From NCBI GenBank assembly GCA_002353225.1, contig DEJF01000025.1, forward strand, positions 2,818-66,817: a DNA stretch of 64,000 bases. The letters run 5' to 3'. Both the position numbers and the translations under genes were made by a program. Every line of letters begins with the position of its first letter. Within the stretch, counting starts at the first letter, position 1. Source of the stretch: Prevotella sp. UBA2755. Its GTDB lineage: Bacteria > Bacteroidota > Bacteroidia > Bacteroidales > Bacteroidaceae. The notes under the pieces were generated by a model that was given only the letters and a program-made list of their open reading frames with translations, ran no database searches and was not told the DNA's origin. This document shows, piece after piece, positions 1 through 8,873 of this stretch.

Positions 1-133
1 TGAGATATTGCAGGTCGCCATACCAATAACTGGCCGTGCAGCCACCGTCTATCAGAAAGTCGGCACCGCTGATGAAACGTCCACGCGAGGACATCAGGAA
101 CTCAGCCATGTCACCCACTTCGTCAGGTGTTCC
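1..133 (-). pseudogene. 3' remnant of an SDR-family oxidoreductase (runs off the window edge)
   Basis: Minus-strand frame reads GTPDEVGDMAEFLMSSRGRFISGADFLIDGGCTASYWYGDLQYL, the SDR C-terminal G-x-P-x-E-V...ISG...IDGG motif. It has no start of its own and abuts the flavodoxin fragment out of frame. Confidence 0.75.
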
Positions 134-333
134 TGCTTGGCCTCTTCGATACAGGTCATGTAGTCCTTGCTGTACTCATAGATGGTGTCAATGTGGAACA
201 CATCGGCATCGGGCAGCAAAGCCTTGACCTTGCCGACCACCACTTCCGTATTACCCAGTTTCAGGTTCTTGATACTTCCGTTCACATAGTTCTCTCCGCG
301 ACGAGAGTAGTACGCAATCAAAGTCTTTCCCAT
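94..333 (-). pseudogene. Truncated flavodoxin (N-terminal ~55 aa only)
   Basis: MGKTLIAYYSRRGENYVNGSIKNLKLGNTEVV...YMTCIEEAKQE is a typical flavodoxin N-terminus. Similarity stops at about position 130 and the frame closes 10 codons later. Confidence 0.75.
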
Positions 334-360
334 AATCTTTCTTGTTTTATGATTCTGAGT

Positions 361-447
361 GCAAAACTCGTGCAAGCCGAATGCAATGGAACTCGTTCCT
401 ATTGCTGAGGCACCGCCGAGTTTCGCGGTGTGATGAAATCACGCCGC
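361..447. repeat. Nested palindromic intergenic element
   Basis: GCAAAACTCG (361-370) pairs with CGAGTTTCGC (417-426) and encloses the hairpin GCAATGGAAC-TC-GTTCCTATTGC. A second hairpin GCGGTGTGAT-GAA-ATCACGCCGC follows. Confidence 0.55.
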
Positions 448-522
448 AAAGGTACGACAATCCCCCGAAACTGCATTAACACAATTTTCGGGGGATTTTA
501 CCAAATCCGGATAATCGTTCTT

Positions 523-660
523 CTATTCTCTGAAATCACTCGGTTTCGCCCCTAAGTTAGTCTGCACATATCGGCTGAAATGTGACAGCGAGGAAAAGCC
601 GAACATCTCGCTGATGTCTGTAAAGGAGAGGCTGCGGTCTCTCAACAATCGGCTAATGTC
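523..660 (-). pseudogene. 3' remnant of an AraC-family regulator (second HTH)
   Basis: Frame reads DISRLLRDRSLSFTDISEMFGFSSLSHFSRYVQTNLGAKPSDFRE*, matching the AraC GF-x-S-x-S-x-F-x-R...G-x-x-P-x-x-FR motif. No start codon or N-terminal part; absent from the ORF track. Confidence 0.8.
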
Positions 661-904
661 AAGAGAGCAGAGACTTCAACCGTTTATAACCTTCAACACC
701 AAGAATGGTTAAGCCCCCATACTGGCAGGTCTTAGCCAATCCGAAGAGGATGGTCCATAATACCCCTTTAGCAGTCATACTGATAGGTAATAACATCTGG
801 GCGAAAGACAGAATATAGAAGGGGATACAGCATAACAGGACGACAACACCCGTCCTGAAGGATAGTGACTGCAACCACGATTTGATTTTCTCAATTGTTG
901 TCAT
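659..904 (-). CDS. Small two-TM membrane protein (transporter-suffix-domain-like)
   Basis: 81 aa with two hydrophobic segments and a LGxEGYKRLK tail; lies directly downstream of the AraC gene. Confidence 0.7.
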   Translation of the reverse strand: MTTIEKIKSWLQSLSFRTGVVVLLCCIPFYILSFAQMLLPISMTAKGVLWTILFGLAKTCQYGGLTILGVEGYKRLKSLLS

Positions 905-919
905 ATAAATAATAATGTG

Positions 920-1819
920 TTATTGATTCCTCCCGATGAACTCACTGGGGGTGACTCCCACTATCTTCTTGAAGAGGCGGGTGAAATGATGAGGAAACTC
1001 GAAACCGAGTATACGAGAAGTCTCACTGATATTACGTCCCTGCATCAACAGACCCTTGCCGAGATTAATGACATAGGTGTGGATATAGTGGATGGCGGTG
1101 GTGCCTGTCGCCTTACGGAACATATCACCAAAATAGTGGGAAGAATACGCCATCTCCGAGGCGCAGTAGGCTACTGTAGGCAGTCCTAACTGGTGTTGCT
1201 TGCCATCGAAATAATACTGTTCGAGCAAAGAATGAAACCGCTTGAGGATATCGTTCGTATCCTGGGTATCCACAGATAGTTGACGCTGGTAGATACGATT
1301 ACAGTACTCCAGCAGCAGACGCAGATAACCCAGAATGACATGGCGAAGTACCTGTGAGTCTTCATGTATTATGATCTCCTGACGTAACTGACTCAGTAAC
1401 TGAACGATGAATTCCCATTCTGATGGTTCCATCCTCAATGACTCCGTATAGAAATAGGAGAAGAAATGGAAATCACGCATACGGATTTCCAAATCAGTAT
1501 TATGTATTAGTTCTGGAGACCAGAGTAATGCCCAACCACTTAACCATAGGTCTTTTCCATCATCCTCGGCACCGCCCAGTTGTCCTGGTGCGACAGCAAG
1601 AATAGAACCATCGCAGAGTTCCAATGGTCTGACACCATAACTCAAGTTCTTAGGAAACTCACGCTGGAAGAACAACCCATAAACTCCATAGTCGTTCAGA
1701 CTGGTATGCACAGGCGACACCTCGTCATAACAAACAAGACTCAGCAGTGGATGCAACTCCGGTGCTCCAGCCTGACGAGCATAAACATTAGGATTGTCAA
1801 CCTTCAGGATTTTCTTCAT
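920..1819 (-). CDS. AraC-family transcriptional regulator
   Basis: C-terminal YFGDMFRKATG...LGFEFPHHFTRLFKKIVGVTPSEF double HTH; 299 aa. Confidence 0.95.
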   Translation of the reverse strand: MKKILKVDNPNVYARQAGAPELHPLLSLVCYDEVSPVHTSLNDYGVYGLFFQREFPKNLSYGVRPLELCDGSILAVAPGQLGGAEDDGKDLWLSGWALLWSPELIHNTDLEIRMRDFHFFSYFYTESLRMEPSEWEFIVQLLSQLRQEIIIHEDSQVLRHVILGYLRLLLEYCNRIYQRQLSVDTQDTNDILKRFHSLLEQYYFDGKQHQLGLPTVAYCASEMAYSSHYFGDMFRKATGTTAIHYIHTYVINLGKGLLMQGRNISETSRILGFEFPHHFTRLFKKIVGVTPSEFIGRNQ

Positions 1820-1825
1820 CGTAGG

Positions 1826-1912
1826 TGCAAAGATAGATCATTTTCTGCGAAATTGGTAGGAATATCGCAAAAATATGTGCTACATAATACAAAAAATGTT
1901 TGTAACTTTGCC
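1826..1912. promoter_or_regulatory. Divergent Bacteroidota sigma-A promoters (araC / cyclophilin-like gene)
   Basis: TATCTTTG on the minus strand (~1828-1835) and TAACTTTG on the plus strand (~1903-1910) match the TAnnTTTG -7 box. Confidence 0.6.
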
Positions 1913-1936
1913 AACGGAATATAAAATGAATGAAAC

Positions 1937-2557
1937 ATGATGAGATATTATTTCCTACTGATTACAACCTTGTTGTTTATCTGCTGCTCAGCAGACAACG
2001 GGACAAAAGCCCAGTCATCTTCTATATTACAGGCTCCATCCGACGATCTTAAACAAAGTAGTATGCAAACACAGACAATGCGCATCACCATTGACGGAAA
2101 GACAGAAGTAGTAAACCTCGTCAACAATACAGCCACACAGGCTTTAGTAAATAAGTTAAAAGAGGGTCCCATTAATATCTCACTTAACACTAACGGAGAT
2201 TTTGAGATATGGGGTGCCTTGGGTTTCTCACTGCCGACAAGCAATGAGAACATCAACGGACAACCTGGTGATGTCGTCCTCTATGCTGGCAGCAATATCT
2301 GCATCTTTTATGGTAGCAATTCGTATAGTTACACCCGACTGGGTAAAATCAATGGTCTCTCTGCCAGTGAACTGAAAGCATTTCTTAAAGGGGGACAGAA
2401 CAATATCAGTGTTACCCTTTCATTGCCTGATGTTTCTGCTATTAACCACATCCATACTGACAAAAGCGACAACATCTATTATACGCTGAATGGACAGCGG
2501 GTAGAGCATCCCACCAAGGGCATCTACATCATAAATGGCAAAAAAATCACCCTATAA
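1937..2557 (+). CDS. Exported cyclophilin-like fold protein with T9SS-like C-terminal tail
   Basis: Signal/lipobox (LLFICCS); GDVVLYAGSNICIFYGSNSYSYTRLGKI cyclophilin-like motif; tail YYTLNGQRV...KGIYIINGKK. Confidence 0.8.
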   Translation: MMRYYFLLITTLLFICCSADNGTKAQSSSILQAPSDDLKQSSMQTQTMRITIDGKTEVVNLVNNTATQALVNKLKEGPINISLNTNGDFEIWGALGFSLPTSNENINGQPGDVVLYAGSNICIFYGSNSYSYTRLGKINGLSASELKAFLKGGQNNISVTLSLPDVSAINHIHTDKSDNIYYTLNGQRVEHPTKGIYIINGKKITL

Positions 2558-2579
2558 CCATATTTCTATTAATATTAAT

Positions 2580-3713
2580 ATGAAGAATGTATTATTATCG
2601 GCAGTACTTGTAGCCACAGTGCTCACTGCTTGCCAAAACAAAGAGAGTAACAAACAAAACAATGAAAGTATGAATACAACTCTGCAACTGACTCAGGAGT
2701 GGGACAAAGTTTTCCCCTTGAGCGAGAAAGTGAACCACCACAAGGTGACGTTTGAAACACAGTACGGACTGACACTGGCTGCCGACCTTTATACACCCAA
2801 AGACGGAAAAGGCAAGATGCCTGCTATCGCTGTCAGCGGTCCCTTTGGTGCTGTGAAGGAGCAATCAAGTGGTCTGTATGCCATGAAGATGGCTGAACGT
2901 GGATTCGTAGCACTTGCCTTCGACCCTTCTTATACTGGTGAGAGCAGTGGGGAGCCCCGTCGCACGGCATCACCTGACATCAATACCGAGGACTTCATGG
3001 CTGCTGTTGACTTCTTGTCGAAGCAGGACTATGTGGATGCAGAAAAAATTGGTATCATAGGAATATGCGGATGGGGTGGCATCGCTTTGAATGCAGCCGC
3101 CGCCGACATCCGTATCAAAGCGACTGTGGCATCAACCATGTACGACATGACACGTATCAGCGGCAATGACTATAATGACGCTTTTGACGTAGAAGAGGCT
3201 CGTCATACAGCCAGAGAGAAAGTTGCCAAACAGCGTCTGACAGATCCTAAGGCGATGGCAGGTGGTGTGATTGACAGTGTACCGCCTCAGGCTCCACGTT
3301 TTGTTCACGACTATTATGATTATTATAAGACACCACGTGGCTATCATCCTCGCTCAGGCAATTCGAACGACGGCTGGCGTGTCATCGGTACTCAAGCATA
3401 CAGCAACAGCCGTTTCCTCTACTATATCAACGAGATTCGCTCTGCCGTCCTCGTAATGCACGGAGCCGATGCCCACTCTCGCTATTTTGGTGAGGCGGCT
3501 TATCACTACATGGTGGACGGCAAAGCCGAGGGCTATAAATTCACTGGCGAGCCTAATCCCAATCCAGAGAACAAGGAATTACTTATCATCCCTGATGCCT
3601 CTCACTGTGATCTCTATGATGGTGGTTACACGGAGAAGGTGGGCAAGGGTGAGCCAAAGAACATGATCCCCTGGGACAAACTGGCAGAATTCTTCAATAA
3701 GAATCTGAAATAA
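2580..3713 (+). CDS. Alpha/beta hydrolase lipoprotein (YcjY-like)
   Basis: Lipobox VLTAC; GPFGAVKEQ, FDPSYTGESSGEPR, nucleophile elbow GICGWGG and ASHCDLYD. Start moved to ATG 2580. Confidence 0.9.
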   Translation: MKNVLLSAVLVATVLTACQNKESNKQNNESMNTTLQLTQEWDKVFPLSEKVNHHKVTFETQYGLTLAADLYTPKDGKGKMPAIAVSGPFGAVKEQSSGLYAMKMAERGFVALAFDPSYTGESSGEPRRTASPDINTEDFMAAVDFLSKQDYVDAEKIGIIGICGWGGIALNAAAADIRIKATVASTMYDMTRISGNDYNDAFDVEEARHTAREKVAKQRLTDPKAMAGGVIDSVPPQAPRFVHDYYDYYKTPRGYHPRSGNSNDGWRVIGTQAYSNSRFLYYINEIRSAVLVMHGADAHSRYFGEAAYHYMVDGKAEGYKFTGEPNPNPENKELLIIPDASHCDLYDGGYTEKVGKGEPKNMIPWDKLAEFFNKNLK

Positions 3714-5067
3714 AACGGGAGGAAGGTTGCTTTTTAAAGATCAACCTCATCGTCTCCGAGTCGAGTGGCTGCATGGATGGGAGTTTCAAGGCTTTCACCA
3801 TGTGTAGCGTACCTTGCTTGTATTTCTGGAAGTGGTCCGTCTTGATATGACGCTGGTAGGCTTCCTCTGAGGCATAGATCTCAAGGATACGGATATGTGT
3901 GGAGTCCTCGGCACTCTGCATCGGGAAGAGACAGATAACACCTGGCTCACGTTCCACACTGAGACGGTCTACCTCATTGGCAAAAGACAGATACTCTGAC
4001 AGATATTGAGGATATACCTCTATCTCTGCAATACGGACAATCATCTTACCAGGGTTTGTGACTGTAGGCTGGTCTTTCGACAAGCCAAAGAGCCACTCTG
4101 CGTTCTTGTGCAGGATCATTTCCTTAAATGGTGCGAGATCAGGCTCTTCTGTCAAGTACTGACGCATCCTTGCAAGACCTCCTGTCAACACCTGAGGAGC
4201 CACATAGGGATAGTCAGAGCCATAGAGCAGATGGTCGGGCGTGGTCATTGTGAGCATCATGCGGATGACCTCAGGAGAATGCGCTCCTGCCAAATCGTAA
4301 TAAAGAGCGGCAAGGTTGGCTTCCCAATCAATATCACCCACCATTTTGTTTGCCTGCATCACAGGGGTCAATGATTTCATACGAGGTATAGCAAGAGGCA
4401 GATAGGCACCACAATGGGGCACTACGACCTTAACATTCGGATAACGTGCCAACACGTTGCGGCTAATCATATTCGTCACGGCACGTGTCGTCTCGGAGAG
4501 GTATTCCTGCATGGCTAATGGTGTCTGCTGCATCACCTGACAATTGACAGGATTCGGGCGATGGGGATGCAGAATAACCACGGCTTTACGTTTATTCAAA
4601 ACTGAGAAAAGGGTGTCGAGTTCTGGAGCGCCAAGATATTGCCCCTCTACATTTGTCGCCAACTTGACACCATCGGCTTTCAATACATCAAGGGCATAGA
4701 CAGCCTCACGAATTGCCGCATCCACATCAGGCAATGGTAGGGCGGCACAGAACAGAAAACGCCCAGGATGTTGCTTTTTCATTTTAGCCGCTGCCTCATT
4801 AGTTGCACGAACAACTTTTGCCGATGACGGCTGAGGAGCCGCCAATGTCAGAATTGAAGTCTGTACACCTGCCTCATCCATCCACTTCAGATGAGTCGCT
4901 TCATCGTATGTAGGAAGAGGGAACCCCTCGTCCATCAAGCGTCCCTCACTATTGAGAGTAGACAAAAACTCCTGAGTGATGAGGTGACTGTGCACATCTA
5001 CCACAACCTGAGCATTTACTATTGTGGCTAATGCCATCGTTACAATAATTGCTTTAATTCTTTTCAT
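3694..5067 (-). CDS. Amidohydrolase_2-family protein fused to a C-terminal ABM (antibiotic biosynthesis monooxygenase-like) domain
   Basis: Signal peptide; DVHSH, LHP, PHCG and YGSDYPY motifs; C-terminal EPGVICLFPM...LEIYASEEAYQRHIKTDHF ABM domain. Confidence 0.88.
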   Translation of the reverse strand: MKRIKAIIVTMALATIVNAQVVVDVHSHLITQEFLSTLNSEGRLMDEGFPLPTYDEATHLKWMDEAGVQTSILTLAAPQPSSAKVVRATNEAAAKMKKQHPGRFLFCAALPLPDVDAAIREAVYALDVLKADGVKLATNVEGQYLGAPELDTLFSVLNKRKAVVILHPHRPNPVNCQVMQQTPLAMQEYLSETTRAVTNMISRNVLARYPNVKVVVPHCGAYLPLAIPRMKSLTPVMQANKMVGDIDWEANLAALYYDLAGAHSPEVIRMMLTMTTPDHLLYGSDYPYVAPQVLTGGLARMRQYLTEEPDLAPFKEMILHKNAEWLFGLSKDQPTVTNPGKMIVRIAEIEVYPQYLSEYLSFANEVDRLSVEREPGVICLFPMQSAEDSTHIRILEIYASEEAYQRHIKTDHFQKYKQGTLHMVKALKLPSMQPLDSETMRLIFKKQPSSRFISDSY

Positions 5068-5072
5068 AAATA

Positions 5073-6533
5073 TTACTCCATACCATGTTCCCAACCACCA
5101 TGTGTGTCAATAACTAAGCCCATTCCCTTCGCTTTCTCCTTCAACAGACGCATCAAAGGCTCACGTTCGTTCTCTACTTGGTTGTCGAGTACGGCATCCT
5201 TTAAGTATTGCTTGAGGATACCCACCTCACGAGAGGGAGAGAGATGGAAGAGTTCCATGATCTCATTGCCGTCAATCACTGGCTGCAACAGACGCTTATA
5301 ATCTTTCTCCTTCAAATCTGCGAGTTTCTCACGTACCATACGGAAATTCTCCAAGAACAACTGTTTACGCACTTCGTTCTTCGAGGTGATATCCGCCTCA
5401 CAAAGTGTCATCAGGTCGTCAATATCATCACCAGCGTCATTGAGCAGACGACGTACGGCAGAGTCTGTCACTTCCTCATCAGCGATAGCGATAGGACGCA
5501 TGTGAAGGTCTACGAGTTTCTGCACGTAGCGCATCTCCGTCCCCATCGGCAGTTTCAGACGACGGAAGATATCTTGTACCATCTTTGCACCAATATAATT
5601 ATGGTTATGGAACGTCCATCCTATCTTGGGCTCCCAACGCTTCGTCTTCGTCTTGCCGATATCGTGCAACAAAGCACTCCACCTCAGCCATAAAGAAGCA
5701 TTCTGCCGACAAACATTCTCCAAGACTTCAAGGGTATGATAGAAATTGTTCTTATGGGCTCGCCCGTCTCTCTTCTCCACGATATCCAGCGCCGCAAGTT
5801 CTGGCAGTATGATTTGCAACAGCCCACTACGCTGTAAATATTCAAAGCCAATACTGGGATGAGGTGACATCATGATTTTATTCAGTTCTACCTCAATACG
5901 CTCTCCACTGACTATCTTAATACGGTCTGCCATCCGCTCCAACGCCTCAAAGGTTTCCTCTTCTATCTGGAAATTGAGTTGGGTGGCAAAACGAATACAC
6001 CGCATCATGCGCAAGGGGTCGTCGGAAAAGGTTATCTCTGGATCAAGAGGAGTGGAAATGATACCGTCCTGCAAATCGGCTATACCATTAAACGGGTCTA
6101 CCAGTTCGCCAAAGCGCTCTTTATTCAGACATATCGCCATAGCATTAATGGTGAAGTCACGACGATTCTGGTCGTCCTCTAACGTTCCATTCTCCACAAT
6201 AGGTTTGCGAGAGTCATGGCTGTAACTCTCCTTACGAGCACCAACGAACTCTATCTCCATCTCACGACATTTAACCTGGGCTGTCCCGAAATTGCGGAAA
6301 ACAGAGAGATGCGCCCTTCTGCCCAATTTCCTTTTCAACGCAGAAGCGACTTCGATACCACTACCCACCACGACGACATCAATATCTGCGGACGGACGCT
6401 CTAAAAAAATATCACGGACATAGCCTCCCACCACATAGCACTCAACGCCAATACTGTCGGCGACAGAACTAATCTGATGGAATATATCCTGGTCCAATAT
6501 CTTAGCCAAAGCGGCATCGGAGTAAAGCCTCAT
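5073..6533 (-). CDS. cca: CCA tRNA nucleotidyltransferase (HD-domain type)
   Basis: VGGYVRD...DID, RRDFTINA, DDPLRMMR and LLHDIGK motifs. Start at MRLYSD. Confidence 0.92.
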   Translation of the reverse strand: MRLYSDAALAKILDQDIFHQISSVADSIGVECYVVGGYVRDIFLERPSADIDVVVVGSGIEVASALKRKLGRRAHLSVFRNFGTAQVKCREMEIEFVGARKESYSHDSRKPIVENGTLEDDQNRRDFTINAMAICLNKERFGELVDPFNGIADLQDGIISTPLDPEITFSDDPLRMMRCIRFATQLNFQIEEETFEALERMADRIKIVSGERIEVELNKIMMSPHPSIGFEYLQRSGLLQIILPELAALDIVEKRDGRAHKNNFYHTLEVLENVCRQNASLWLRWSALLHDIGKTKTKRWEPKIGWTFHNHNYIGAKMVQDIFRRLKLPMGTEMRYVQKLVDLHMRPIAIADEEVTDSAVRRLLNDAGDDIDDLMTLCEADITSKNEVRKQLFLENFRMVREKLADLKEKDYKRLLQPVIDGNEIMELFHLSPSREVGILKQYLKDAVLDNQVENEREPLMRLLKEKAKGMGLVIDTHGGWEHGME

Positions 6534-6647
6534 AATACTTTCTTGTCTTTTCCGACTGCAAAAGTACAAAAAATATTTATAAAACTTAATTCTTATTTCC
6601 TAAATTATTTGTACCTTTGCACACAAATAATAAACTTTAATATGAAT

Positions 6648-8309
6648 ATGATGAAACAAATTTTGACAGCACTCCTTTTGTGGGCAACCACGAATGCCGT
6701 TGCCTTTAACGTTGACAACTACAAGAACTTAGAGCCTTTGACACTCGATGTTCCTGAAATGAAAGCAGAATTAGGTTCTATAAGTCATGAGAACTACAAC
6801 AAAAGTGAACTTAACCTAAATGCCCCAGAACCCAAAATGGATTTTGCATTCTTTAAGTCACGCACCAACCCCAACACCAAAGCCTATAAGTTCATGGATG
6901 ACATGACTTTCGTCGGTGTGCCTCTCTTCATTGCTGGTATTATTGCTAAGAGTGAGAAGAATGCGTTCAAGCAACAGGACAAGCACTCGTTAGTAACAAA
7001 ATTCAAGACAGGCATCGACGACTACACCCAGTTCTTTGGACCTGCCGCAGTAGTTGGATTGAAACTGGCTGGCGTAGAGGGTCGTAGTGACTGGCCCCGA
7101 CTGTTGGCAAGTGCAGGCATGGGTTATGGCATCATGGCTCTCTTTGTCAATACCATCAAACATACGGCAAAGGAAATGCGCCCCGACGGAAGTACCGCCA
7201 ACTCATGGCCCTCTGGTCATACAGCCACCGCTTTCGTAGGTGCCACGCTGTTGCACAAAGAGTATGGTCTGACTCGTTCACCTTGGTATTCTGTAGCCGG
7301 CTATGGTGTGGCAACGGCAACGGGTGTCATGCGTGTACTCAACAACCGTCACTGGATTAGTGATGTACTCTCTGGTGCTGGTCTTGGTATACTCTCTGGA
7401 GAGTTAGGCTATGCCATCTGCGACTTGTTCTTTAAGGGCAAGGGGCTGCTCCGCAATGACAATATCGGTGAGGCAAGCGTTATCACCCATCCCTCTTTCT
7501 TCTCCATCTCAATGGGTATCGGACTGGGGTCTCGTGACCTTGACTTTGAAATGACAGAATATGGATGGTCAGACGACATGAACCTGAAGTTCCAGGCTTC
7601 CACAGCAGTAAGTGCTGAAGGTGCCTACTTCTTCAATCCTTATATCGGTGTGGGTGGTCGCTTGCGTGTGAAGAGTTCTCCTATCAAGGGATGGAATAAG
7701 ATTACGGATTTCGCATGGGAAGACGTATATGGTTTGTATGATGCCATGTCGCAATTAGACGAAGAAGACCTGCAATCTATTGAGACAGAGATTGACGATG
7801 TCGATTTCGTCATTGAGAGCGACCACTTGACGGAGTTTGCCGTCGACTTGGGTGCTTATTTCAATTTCCCACTCTCTGACCGCTTTGCATTGGGTAGCAA
7901 ACTGCTCATTGGCCGCAGCATCATGCAGGAACTTTCTTTGGATGCCAGACTGTCTGGTCAAGAATACAAAAAAGAGGATGAGCCAATGAAGCCTACAGGA
8001 GACAAGTTCGACATCAATTGGGACTATTTCACCGTTAGTGGTAATAACACCATGAAGTTCGGTACTGGCATCTCACTGACCTATGCCTATAAAAAGAACT
8101 TCTCATGGAAAGTATTCCTCGATTATGACGTAGCACGTAAGACCTACACCATTAATTACGACTATGGAGGCATCGCTTACGGCTTGTTCCCCTCTTATTT
8201 TACTAACATGACTGCAGAACAATATAAAGAGGAGTACACTGCCAGCAAGAGCATCAAGAAAACGATGCACTCTTTCGTACTAGGTGCTTCATTCGCCATT
8301 AATTTTTAA
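6648..8309 (+). CDS. PAP2-family phosphatase with signal peptide and long C-terminal beta-strand-rich domain
   Basis: PAP2 motifs KHTAKEMRP, PSGH and RVLNNRHWISD; the C-terminal ~280 aa have alternating beta strands and end in ASFAINF. TACCTTTG promoter box at ~6612. Confidence 0.85.
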   Translation: MMKQILTALLLWATTNAVAFNVDNYKNLEPLTLDVPEMKAELGSISHENYNKSELNLNAPEPKMDFAFFKSRTNPNTKAYKFMDDMTFVGVPLFIAGIIAKSEKNAFKQQDKHSLVTKFKTGIDDYTQFFGPAAVVGLKLAGVEGRSDWPRLLASAGMGYGIMALFVNTIKHTAKEMRPDGSTANSWPSGHTATAFVGATLLHKEYGLTRSPWYSVAGYGVATATGVMRVLNNRHWISDVLSGAGLGILSGELGYAICDLFFKGKGLLRNDNIGEASVITHPSFFSISMGIGLGSRDLDFEMTEYGWSDDMNLKFQASTAVSAEGAYFFNPYIGVGGRLRVKSSPIKGWNKITDFAWEDVYGLYDAMSQLDEEDLQSIETEIDDVDFVIESDHLTEFAVDLGAYFNFPLSDRFALGSKLLIGRSIMQELSLDARLSGQEYKKEDEPMKPTGDKFDINWDYFTVSGNNTMKFGTGISLTYAYKKNFSWKVFLDYDVARKTYTINYDYGGIAYGLFPSYFTNMTAEQYKEEYTASKSIKKTMHSFVLGASFAINF

Positions 8310-8318
8310 ATAGGTACA

Positions 8319-8873
8319 ATGGCAGAGACTAACGAGAAAACCAACGCACAGTTTGAACAGGTGATGCAGGAATGCCGCAGCCTGTTTGAGAAGAAACTCC
8401 ACGATTACGGAGCGTCATGGCGTATTCTACGTCCACAGTCGCTCACCGACCAATTGTTTATTAAGGCTAAGCGTATCCGCTCTTTGGAGATTAAAAAGGA
8501 ATCTCTGGTGGGTGAAGGCATTCGTCCAGAGTTCATCGCCTTGATTAACTACGGTATTGTTGGACTCATCCAACTGGCACATGGATTCTCTGATACCGTT
8601 GATATGCAACCCAAAGAGGCAATGGCTCTTTATGACCGCTATGCCTTAGAGGCTCTCGAACTGATGAAACGCAAGAACCACGACTATGACGAAGCATGGC
8701 GTGGTATGCGTGTCAGCAGTTATACAGATTTCATCCTCACTAAAATAGAACGCATCAAAGAGATAGAAAATCTTGGAGGTGATACCCTCGTCAGCGAGGG
8801 TATTGACGCAAACTATATGGACATCATCAACTATGCTGTCTTCGGAGCAATCAAGTTGAGTGAGCAAGGATGA
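8319..8873 (+). CDS. DUF1599-family protein
   Basis: Internally duplicated K-x-HDY-x-x-x-WR motif ([10 protein letters not shown] / [10 protein letters not shown]) with INY motifs. Confidence 0.85.
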   Translation: MAETNEKTNAQFEQVMQECRSLFEKKLHDYGASWRILRPQSLTDQLFIKAKRIRSLEIKKESLVGEGIRPEFIALINYGIVGLIQLAHGFSDTVDMQPKEAMALYDRYALEALELMKRKNHDYDEAWRGMRVSSYTDFILTKIERIKEIENLGGDTLVSEGIDANYMDIINYAVFGAIKLSEQG

